Below are positions 10,576-18,413 of a DNA stretch of 64,000 nucleotides, one piece after another. The stretch comes from an uncultured Pseudomonadota bacterium (GTDB lineage Bacteria; Pseudomonadota; Alphaproteobacteria; Micropepsales; Micropepsaceae): NCBI GenBank assembly GCA_963710925.1, contig CAVQBY010000001.1, positions 162,871 through 226,870 of the forward strand, in the 5' to 3' direction. The notes below the pieces were generated by a model. The model had not been told where the DNA came from and made no database searches. It saw only the letters and a list, made by a program, of their open reading frames with translations. The first letter of the stretch is position 1, and each line of letters starts with the position of its first letter. The position numbers and the translations under genes were made by a program.

Positions 10576-11454
10576 TCACCCGTCTTCCGCCAGGAAGCGT
10601 TCCACATTTTCCATGAACACATCGAAGCGGTCGTGATGCGACCAGTGCCCGGCGCCGTCGATATTGACCAGCCGCGCCTTCTGGAAGTGTCTTATGCGGC
10701 CGTCTTCCACCGGATCGGAGGCCCAGGATTCGGTGCCGCGCACCAGCAGCACCGGCGAGGCGATGCGGCTCCACAGCCGGTGCTGGTCCTCGACCGGCAG
10801 GCCGGCCGGGCCGCCGCCCAGGCGCACGAAATTGTCGAACTTCCAGGAGAAGGTGCCGTCCTCGTTCTGGATCGCGCCATGCACGGTCAGATGGCGCGCC
10901 TGTTCGGCGTTGAGATGGGCGTTTTCTTCTTGCATGCGCGCGACCGCGTCTTCGAGCGTCGCGTATTTGCGCGGTGTCCGGCCCGCATTCTTGCGCCGGG
11001 TCTCGATCCAGCTGCGCAGATGTTCCTCGACATTCGTCTCGCGCCGCCGCTTCAGCATGGCAGGCGATGGGCCCAGCCCCTCGATCGCCACGAGTTTCTT
11101 CACGGTCTCGGGAAAGGTGCCCGCATAGAGGAGCGCGATCGAGCCGCCCAGCGAATGGCCGATAATGGTGACCGGCGCCATCTGCTTCTGCTGCACCAGC
11201 TGGGCGATGTCGTAGACGTAATTGATCTCGTTATAACCGGAGCCGGCGGCCCATTCGCTGTCGCCATGGCCGCGCAGATCCGGCGCGATGACGTGGTAGC
11301 GGTCGGCCAGTCTCTCGGCCACCCAGTCCCAGTTGCGGCAATGGTCGCGCCCGCCATGAATCAGCAGCAGCGCCGGCGCCCCGGCGCGGCCCCAGGTGAC
11401 ATAATGCAGCCGCAGCCGCTGCGAGAAATACAGATGTGAGGTGGGTCCGGCCAT
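10576..11454 (-). CDS. Alpha/beta hydrolase
   Basis: HGGRDHCRNWD, DLRGHGDS, GHSLGG, GAGHWSHHD. Confidence 0.9.
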   Translation of the reverse strand: MAGPTSHLYFSQRLRLHYVTWGRAGAPALLLIHGGRDHCRNWDWVAERLADRYHVIAPDLRGHGDSEWAAGSGYNEINYVYDIAQLVQQKQMAPVTIIGHSLGGSIALLYAGTFPETVKKLVAIEGLGPSPAMLKRRRETNVEEHLRSWIETRRKNAGRTPRKYATLEDAVARMQEENAHLNAEQARHLTVHGAIQNEDGTFSWKFDNFVRLGGGPAGLPVEDQHRLWSRIASPVLLVRGTESWASDPVEDGRIRHFQKARLVNIDGAGHWSHHDRFDVFMENVERFLAEDG

Positions 11455-11586
11455 GAATCCGTTTTGGAAAAATCGCTGCGCACCGCGAGCCTAGGTCCAA
11501 AGCCCCAGATTGCAAGCGCACGGTCCGGTCGGGAAAACGGAGAGGGGGCCGAAAGCCCGCCCCCGATGGTCGCGATCGCTGTGCGT

Positions 11587-12660
11587 CTAGCCGCCCAGAT
11601 CGATGACGGCGCGGCGGTTCTGCGGCTCGCGCACGCCGGGGCCGGTCGCCACCAGCGGTTCGTCAAAGCCCTTGCCGACCGTGGAGATGGCGTCGGCGGC
11701 CATGCCGTCGCGGATCATCTCGATCTTGACGGATTCGGCGCGCCGTACGGACAGGGCCTGGTTGTAGGGCGCCGAGCCGACGGTGTCGGTATGGCCGGTC
11801 ACCAGCACGCGGACCGAACCGGTATAGCGCGCCGTCCGCACCGCTTCGGAAATCACGCCCTGCGCTTCGGCGGACAGATCGGATCTGTTGAAGTCGAAAA
11901 AGACGATGAAGCTCTTGGCCGGCGGCGGGGGCGGCGGAGGCATCATCGGTTGTACGATCGGCCGTGGCGGGGGCGGCGGCGGGGCCGCGACCGCCTTCGG
12001 GCCGGCCCATGGCGACCAGCGCAAGCCGGCCATCACCACATTCTCGGTGAGATGGTGGCGCGAATAGGGTGCGATGGCCGGATGGTCCGAACCGTTGTTG
12101 AGGTCGCGGTAGCGATACTCGGCGTACACGTCGACGCTCGGCGTCACGGTGTAGGCAAGCCCGCCGATGGCCTGCCACATGAAGCCCATGCGTTTGCCGG
12201 TCTGAAATTCGCCCGCTCCGAACGGGTTGTCGAAGGTGATGCGATCGGTGCCCATCCCGGCGCCGCCGCCCAGCGACATGCGCAGCCGCGGGGTGATCTT
12301 CATGTCGTAGAGCGCGTTGAACAGCACCGCGCGCTCTTCAAGATGGCCGGTGACCGGATAGATCGTGCCGCTCTGCAGGAAGGATTCGGCTTCGTGGTTG
12401 GCCCAGGTGGCTTCGACTTCGAAGCGCAGCGGGAAATGCGGGACGCGGTAGCCGACCGCACCGGAGACGATGACCGCGCTTCGGTTCCTGACGGTGCCGT
12501 CGGGCCCCACGCCGCGGATCTGCGGCGCCTTGAGAAGGTCCCAGCCCGCGCCCATGCCGACATAGAAGCCTTCCGCGGCCGAGGCCGGCGCGGCCATCGC
12601 CGCCGCGGCGCAGGCCAGCACCGAGACGGCACCGGCGCGCTTCAGCCTACGCAAACACAT
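11587..12660 (-). CDS. OmpA family outer membrane protein (beta-barrel, Pro linker, OmpA_C)
   Basis: Signal peptide, EGFYVGMGAG barrel start, poly-Pro linker, GHTDTVG...NQALSVRRA...NRR. Confidence 0.92.
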   Translation of the reverse strand: MCLRRLKRAGAVSVLACAAAAMAAPASAAEGFYVGMGAGWDLLKAPQIRGVGPDGTVRNRSAVIVSGAVGYRVPHFPLRFEVEATWANHEAESFLQSGTIYPVTGHLEERAVLFNALYDMKITPRLRMSLGGGAGMGTDRITFDNPFGAGEFQTGKRMGFMWQAIGGLAYTVTPSVDVYAEYRYRDLNNGSDHPAIAPYSRHHLTENVVMAGLRWSPWAGPKAVAAPPPPPPRPIVQPMMPPPPPPPAKSFIVFFDFNRSDLSAEAQGVISEAVRTARYTGSVRVLVTGHTDTVGSAPYNQALSVRRAESVKIEMIRDGMAADAISTVGKGFDEPLVATGPGVREPQNRRAVIDLGG

Positions 12661-12903
12661 GACCAGGCCCTTCTTGAACCGGCGCGACGTGCCGCTGCGT
12701 GGCCCGGCGCAAGGGCGCCGGCGTTTTCGCATGCAGATCGGCCGTGCAGGTGAGTTCGCAATCCTCTGCGACGTCCGGGACCATAGGGCCCTGCGGGGCC
12801 GGGAAGATAGCGCCGGAAACTACCTAGGGCGCGCCGGCCCGGCCGCCGCCTGGGCGCGGTGGGTGGGTGTCGGGCTGGGCTGCGCCGGGCCGAGGCGCCA
12901 AAA

Positions 12904-12981
12904 TGGTCGGAGAGAGAGGATTTCGAACCTCCGGCCCCTACGTCCCGAACGTAGTGCTCTACCAGGCTGAGCTACTCTCCG
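12904..12981 (-). tRNA. tRNA-Pro(CGG)
   Basis: CGGAGAGTAGCTCAGCCTGGTAGAGCACTACGTTCGGGACGTAG...GTTCGAAATCC...CCGACCA; one extra A in the T-loop is probably a sequencing indel. Confidence 0.95.
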
Positions 12982-13140
12982 GTTCTCGCGGGAGGCGCCC
13001 TTATAAGGGCTCGGTTTGCGCTCCGCAACCGCCCAGATGGCGCGGCGAACGCGCTGCGATCGGCGCCCCGATCCCGCGTTGAAAGCGGCCGGGGCAATCA
13101 GTATGGTCCGGCTCCCGCGGGCGCCGACCGGCCCCGCCGA

Positions 13141-13215
13141 TGGGGCGTAGCCAAGTGGTAAGGCACCGGATTTTGATTCCGGCATTCGGAGGTTCGAACC
13201 CTCCCGCCCCAGCCA
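13141..13215 (+). tRNA. tRNA-Gln(TTG)
   Basis: TGGGGCGTAGCCAAGTGGTAAGGCACCGGATTTTGATTCCGG...GTTCGAACC...CCCCAGCCA. Confidence 0.97.
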
Positions 13216-13290
13216 CCGGGATTTTCTTAGCGAGCGTCAGCGAGGTTGGAAAATCCGGTGCCCCCGCGCAGGCGGGGGCCCATCCCGGAC

Positions 13291-14715
13291 CTATTCTCCC
13301 AGCCGCGCCAGCAGATCCTTCGCAAACGCCGTCAGCGTGTCGTCGCGCGCGCCCATCACGACGATGCGGTCGCCGGGCCGGGCCAGTTCCAGCAGCCGCG
13401 CCCCGCATTCGTCGCGGGTCTCGAAATTCTCCGCCCGCCGGCCGCGGCCGACAAGGCCGGTGACGATGTCGATGCTGGAGACGGACTTGTCGGTGGTGCC
13501 GCCGTAATAGACCGGCTCGGGCATGACCAGCACATCTTCGGGCGCCAGATGCCTGGCGAAGCCGTCGACGAACTGTTTCTGCATCAGCCGCAAGGGGCCG
13601 ATAGCCCTGCGGCTGGAACATCACGAGCAAGCCGGCCGGGAAAATCGTGCAGTGTCGCCAGGGTGGCGGCGATCTTGTCCGGGTTGTGGGCGAAATCGTC
13701 GATCACGGTGACGCCGCCCGCCGTGCCCACCGTTTCCAGCCGCCGCCGCACGCCGGCGAAATCGCTCAGCGCCGCCGCCGCCTCGGCCGAGCGAAACGCC
13801 CACCGCCATCGCCGCGGCGAGCGCCGCCAGCGCATTGGACACATTGTGCCGCCCCGGCACGCGCAGCTTCACATCGGCCGCTCTCGCCGCCGCGCGTCGC
13901 GCACCGAAAGCGAAATGCCGTCCGGCGCGCGGCGCGATGTCGCTGGCCAGCAGGTCGGCGCTCTTCTTCTTGAGGCTGTAGGTGACGGTGCGGTCGGCCG
14001 GCAGGCTGGCCACCAGCGCCGCGGTCTCGGCATTGTCGAGATTGAGCACGGCGGTGCTCCGCGCGCCCGACGAAGCCGGCGAACAGCGCGCGCAATTCGT
14101 CCATCGTCTTGTGGTCGAGGGCGATATTGTTGACCACCGCCACGCTCGGATTGTAGCGCGCGATCGAGCCGTCGCTTTCGTCCACCTCGGCGACGAACAC
14201 ATCGCCGCGCCCACCCGCGCGCTGGCGAACGGCACGGCGTCGGAGACGAAATTGCTCATCACCGCGCCGTTCATGATGGTGGGGTCGCGCCCCGGCGCCG
14301 GTCAGCACCCAGCCGATCATGCCGGTGGTGGTCGATTTGCCGCTGGTGCCGGCGACGCCGATGCGCGTCGCGCGCCGCATTGAACAGCTCGGCCAGCAGT
14401 TCGGCGCGAGCGTCACCTGCGCGCCCCTGGCCCGGGCGGCGGCCATGTCGGGCACGGTGTCCTCGACCGCGGCCGAGGCCACCACCGCGTCTGTCGCGCC
14501 CGTCACCCCGCTGCCGTCCTGCGGGAACAGCCGCGATGCCCTGGGCCTCGCAGAAAGGCGAATTTTTCCGGCGTGCGGCCCTGGTCGCGCGCGCGGTCCG
14601 AGCCGGCGACCTCGGCCCCCTGGCCCTTCAGGATCAGCGCCAGCGGCAGCATCCCGCTGCCGCCGATGCCGCAGAAGAAATAGCGGCGGCCCGCATCGGT
14701 TTTGTCTTGCTCCAT
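13291..14715 (-). CDS. MurC/Mpl-like Mur ligase (multiple frameshifts)
   Basis: [58 protein letters not shown]. Confidence 0.85.
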
Positions 14716-14724
14716 GGCCGGACC

Positions 14725-14828
14725 CTAAGCAATTCCAGGAAAAGTGGGAACCGCTTTTCCGTCCGGGACTGCGACCAAAAATGGACATAAAGAGGATCAT
14801 CGTTTCGTCGAAGCGATGATCCCCTCTA
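14725..14828. repeat. RIME/CIR/BRU-RS-like alphaproteobacterial intergenic repeat
   Basis: CTAAGCAATTCCAGGAAAAGTGGGAACCGCTTTTCCGTCCGGGACTGCG hairpin, then AGAGGATCATCG...CGATGATCCCCTCT; family assignment is from memory. Confidence 0.7.
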
Positions 14829-14865
14829 TAAGCGGGGACGGCGCTGACAAGCGGAGCGGGAGCCC

Positions 14866-15719
14866 ATGGCGAAGGACAAATTCCGGATCGGCGTCGTGGC
14901 GCCCGCCAATCGCATCGAGCCGGCGCTGGCGCAGCGGCTGACCGATTTCGCCGCCGCGCATTTCCCGCAGGTCGAGCTTGTCATCCATCCGCAATGCTTC
15001 TCGAGCCATGGCCATTTCGCCGGCCCGGATGCGGCGCGCGCCGCGGCCTTTCTCGAGATCGCCAACGACCCGCGCATCGATGCGGTGTGGTGGGCGCGCG
15101 GCGGCTATGGCACGGGCCGCATCGTGCCCCTCGGTGCTGCCGCAACTGACGGCGGCGGCGCGCGCGAAATCCTGGCTCGGCTATTCCGATGCCGGCTTTC
15201 TTCTGGCCGCGCTCTACAAGCACGGCTTCGCGCACATCGCCCATGGCCCGGTCGCCCGCGACATCGAGCGCGAGGGCGGGGAGGCGGCCATCGCCCGCGC
15301 GCTCGGCTTTCTCACCACGCGCGCGCCTGAGACGCTGGAGCCTTCCATCGCCGGCGGCGCGGACGGCGCGCCCACGGCCGCGTTCAATCTGTGCATCCTC
15401 AGCCATCTCGTCGGCACGGCATGGATGCCCGATCTCACCGGCCATGTGCTGATGGTCGAGGAGGTGAGCGAGGAGCTCTACCGCATCGACCGCTCCTTCG
15501 GGCACGTCCTGGCCGCGCCGCAGCTGGCGAAGCTCAAGGGCCTGCGCCTCGGCCGCGTCAGCGACATCCTGCCCAACGATCCCGATTTCAATCAGACCCC
15601 CGAAGCCATCGCCCGCCACTGGTGCCACAGCGCCGGCATCCCGTATCTCGGCCCCGCCGACATCGGCCACGACGCGCAGAACAGGATCATCCCGTTCGGG
15701 ATGTGGCCGTGGGGCGTGA
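14866..15719 (+). CDS. ldcA: LD-carboxypeptidase (peptidase S66), frameshift near 15130
   Basis: VVAPA, ARGGYG, GYSD, EEVSEELYRIDR, ADIGH; 3' end approximate. Confidence 0.85.
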
Positions 15720-15721
15720 CT

Positions 15722-15771
15722 TTCCTCCCCCATTCATGGGGGAGGGGGACCGCGGAGCGGTGGAGGGGGCG
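15722..15771. repeat. REP-like palindromic element
   Basis: TTCCTCCCCCATTCATGGGGGAGG hairpin followed by GGGACCGCGGAGCGGTGGAGGGGG. Confidence 0.75.
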
Positions 15772-15806
15772 GATGCAGAGCGAAGTCACATCCGTTTCAC
15801 GCTCAT

Positions 15807-15898
15807 CGTCATCCTCCGGCGCGCGGTCAACGCGTCCGGGGGACCCACTTGAGCGTCGAAAGAAAATCAGATCCCCCGGACCTCACCGGGGGCTGACG
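15807..15898. repeat. REP/MITE-like element with GTCAT...TGAC inverted ends
   Basis: CGTCATCCTCCGG...CCGGGGGACCCA ... GATCCCCCGG...CCGGGGGCTGACG. Confidence 0.7.
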
Positions 15899-15930
15899 GA
15901 AAATGTGTGTGCGCACGACACGTGCTCCAT

Positions 15931-16020
15931 CCCCCTCACCAGCGAAATCCAGGCACTCGGCTGCGCTGCGCTCCGCCAAGCGCAGGATTTCGCGTCCTCT
16001 CCCACGAAGGGGGAGGGGGA
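15931..16020. repeat. REP-like palindromic element
   Basis: CCCCCTCACC..GCGAAATCC...GGATTTCGC..CCTCTCCCACGAAGGGGGAGGGG. Confidence 0.7.
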
Positions 16021-16077
16021 GCGCGCGCCTCCCCGACCGCATTTGCCATGCCGCCGCATTGCCCGTATCCTTCTCCC

Positions 16078-16292
16078 ATGAGCGAACCTGTCGTCTGCCG
16101 CGATCCTGATGTCATGGGCGGTGCGCCCGTGTTCTGCGGCACGCGCGTGCCGGTGCAGACGCTGCTCGACTATCTTGAAGCCGGCGACACCATCGCCGAA
16201 TTCCTGGGTGGCTTCCCATCCGTGACGCGCGAACAGGTCATCGCCTTTCTCCGAAGAGGGCGAAGGACCGGCTCGTCGCCTCCGTCGCGTGA
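16078..16292 (+). CDS. DUF433 family antitoxin (3' frameshift)
   Basis: DPDVMGGAPVFCGTRVPVQTLLDYLEAGDTIAEFLGGFPSVTREQV; TGA at 16290-16292 overlaps the next GTG. Confidence 0.9.
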
Positions 16293-16342
16293 AAATCTTT
16301 CTCGACGAATGCGCGGACTGGCGCCTGTCGCGCGATCTGGCG
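16289..16342 (+). pseudogene. N-terminal stub of a DUF5615 PIN-like toxin
   Basis: GTGA overlap with DUF433; reads MKIFLDECADWRLSRDLA, then similarity ends at the stop codon of the convergent island gene. Confidence 0.75.
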
Positions 16343-17123
16343 TTACTTCTTTTTCAGGACGGACGATCTTGGCGTAATGCCGTCCCATAGACGAACGATC
16401 TGACGGCATGCTCCGCGGATAGCTCGGATGCGCGCGACGTGGTCTGTGGCGGGTCCGATTATTTCTCCGAGGCGGATATCTGTGACGAAACACAAGGCGC
16501 GATCAGGCAAACCAAGCGGCGGGTCTTGTTCTTCGAGGAGCATCTGGAGCAGCGCGACGAGATAGTGCCCCATTTCGCGCCGGTGATCGCCGCGCCGGCG
16601 CCGTGTCTCTTCGAGTTGCACGCGTCGGGGTCAGGTGCTTTTGCAACTCTGATGATGCCAGCACCGATCCGTCCGCGCGGACCATCCCTCAGCACGTCGG
16701 GGCGAACCGATACGGTCACGCCTTCGATGTCGAGGTCATCAAATTTGCCCGGGCTTCGAAGGGCCATTGAGCGCATTCCAATAGCGTTCTCACATCGCTG
16801 GAAGAGTTCGATGGCTTCCCGGCAACGCCTCGCCTCGTCCCGCCCCCTTGGGGTGAGTTGGACGTCTTCCGACTTGTCGGTTAATGCGGCCTTAACCCGC
16901 TCCAGTGCCGACTGGTCCCGATGCGATCCGCGTTGTAGGCACGGAGGGCGCGCATCGCGTCTGCGTTGGCCGTGACGATCGACGGCTGGGAGTAGCGGCA
17001 ATCGTGCAGAATTGCTTCCTGCCGATCAGGCTGCAAGATGAGGTATTCGGCCAGAGCTGTCGCGGAAACCCTTGGTTTCCGCCGCTCGCGCACGGAAGGA
17101 TGAAGGACAGGGGAAGCGGACAT
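16343..17123 (-). CDS. Hypothetical protein of about 260 aa, possible PD-(D/E)xK-like fold (two frameshifts)
   Basis: Join of ORFs 16881..17153, 16459..17001 and 16343..16621: KPRVSATALAEYL...LDIEGVTVSVRPDVL...RIGAGIIRVAK...LCFVTDIRLG...ACRQIVRLWDGI. Confidence 0.7.
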
Positions 17124-17380
17124 GGAAGCGGACCTTTCGATCACATTGGACAATCACCGGACGTTATGGCTGACAGAAATATCTCGGGCGGCCTATGAAG
17201 AGCAGGCGCTCGAGGGGCTCGGAAGCGACGGCGGGATATTCGTCGTGCTCGAGGACACGTCCGCCGGAAAGTACGAGGTCTTGGGTGAAGGCCGCTTCAG
17301 CATGCGCGGGAGAGGTCCTCTTGGATCTCTTCGCGGGCGCATTTTTTAAGAGCGTACCGGCGCTCAGCCTCGTGAAATAA
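17122..17380 (+). CDS. Small hypothetical protein of about 85 aa (frameshift near 17285)
   Basis: MEADLSITLDNHRTLWLTEIS...GIFVVLED...YEVL joined to KAASACAGEVLLDLF...; purine-rich RBS. Confidence 0.6.
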
Positions 17381-17395
17381 ATGTTGGTCGAGGCC

Positions 17396-17446
17396 TAACT
17401 CATTGAAACGAATCGTCGTTTTTGTTTTTTCGAGATGAATGACTTA
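17396..17446. repeat. Imperfect inverted repeat downstream of the tRNA-like gene
   Basis: TAACTCATTGA ... TGAATGACTTA (9/11 complementary) around a T-rich spacer. Confidence 0.5.
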
Positions 17447-17459
17447 CTGGCTTGACATT

Positions 17460-17556
17460 TGGCGTGCCCAAGGCGAGACTCGAACTCGCACGGATGTGTT
17501 CCCAACTATCCGCCCTGCTGTAAACAGGGTGTGTCTACCGGTTCCACCACTCGGGC
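17460..17556 (-). tRNA. Atypical class II tRNA: Leu-type body, UAC (Val) anticodon
   Basis: GCCCGAG TG GTGGAACCGGTAGACAC A CCCTG TTTACAG CAGGG C GGATAGTTGGGAACACATCC GT GCGAG TTCGAGT CTCGC CTTGGGC A CGCCA; acceptor, D, anticodon and T stems all pair. Confidence 0.85.
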
Positions 17557-17606
17557 CCAAGGCGCCGCCGCTCGTCGGCGGCGTTCTTGTTTTTCGGCCA
17601 ACCCCG

Positions 17607-18024
17607 TCAAGGGGGACCGTCTATGAAACTCCCGTCGTCGAGTTGGTAGCGGCCGTAGCCGATCTTCCGGAGGACGCGCCGCGAGGCTGTGCTCCCGCTA
17701 AGGTAGGTGAGGGCGTTGTATACGCTCTTCTTATCTGTCGGCACGCCTCGCTTATCCAGCGCTTCCAGGACTTCACTGGCGGTCCATTCCGGCCGGCGGT
17801 CATCTTTGAAAGGATCTCACGACATTCGTGAGCGCCGTGCCGCCGCGCAGTGGCGCCTTAGGCTCAACGGATTGCCGGTACAGTTGGACTAGCGCTGCTT
17901 GGCGCTTCGCAGGCGGCAGGCCAAGGAGCGCGGTTCGCATCATTTTGACTACGAGCGCCACCTCCGGATCCTCCGAGGCGGGGACCGGTTCATTTTGCGT
18001 AGAATTTTGCGTAAACAGCCTCAT
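17607..18024 (-). CDS. Winged helix-turn-helix protein (frameshift near 17810)
   Basis: ORF 17800..18024 continues in a frame missing from the ORF track: KDDRRPEWTASEVLEALDKRGVPTDKKSVYNALTYLSGSTASRRVLRKIGYGRYQLDDGSFIDGPP*. Confidence 0.7.
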
Positions 18025-18030
18025 GCGACA

Positions 18031-18071
18031 GTCTTAACGCAGTCTGATCAAGCACGCAAGGCCAGACTGCG
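18031..18071 (-). promoter_or_regulatory. Sigma70-like promoter and palindromic operator for the wHTH gene
   Basis: TTGCGT-N17-TAAGAC ending 6 nt before the ATG; perfect 9-bp inverted repeat CGCAGTCTG (18038-46) / CAGACTGCG (18063-71). Confidence 0.6.
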
Positions 18072-18396
18072 CCACAACAACCGCAAAGGTAGCAGGCGGA
18101 ATATATGGTGTTATCTCAACGAAATCCGTCACAAATTCTAGCGCACGTGCGAACCTCGGAGATTAAGTGTGTGTTCAGACTTTGAATAACCGATTTTGAA
18201 GCGCCCTGTGCATACTCTGTGTACAGAATAGAAAAATTCATTCAGAACAGTGAATTATGGGCGATCAAGTTGAGCTCCCTGATGCGCGGAGACGTTTCAG
18301 TTTGAAAAAACTGATTCGCTTCACTATCACGGTTTGCATTCCCTCCCCCCCTTGAACTCCCCCTCCCCACACCCCATTTCCGGGTGTTGAGGATAG

Positions 18397-18411
18397 GAAC
18401 AAAAGGAGTAC
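18397..18411 (+). promoter_or_regulatory. Candidate alphaproteobacterial LexA (SOS) box
   Basis: GAAC-AAAAGGA-GTAC (GAAC-N7-GTAC) overlapping the RBS of the 18414 ORF. Confidence 0.65.
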
Positions 18412-18413
18412 AT

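Noticed and set aside
12904-13215. tRNA-Pro/tRNA-Gln as integration sites of a prophage or ICE
   Set aside because: No integrase and no duplicated tRNA 3' end seen in the window; the flanking genes are housekeeping
15722-16020. CRISPR array
   Set aside because: The palindromes differ from one another, are not regularly spaced, and no cas genes are present
17439-17831. 130-aa plus-strand ORF in the island
   Set aside because: Antisense to the tRNA-like gene and the wHTH gene; its N-terminus is simply the reverse complement of the tRNA
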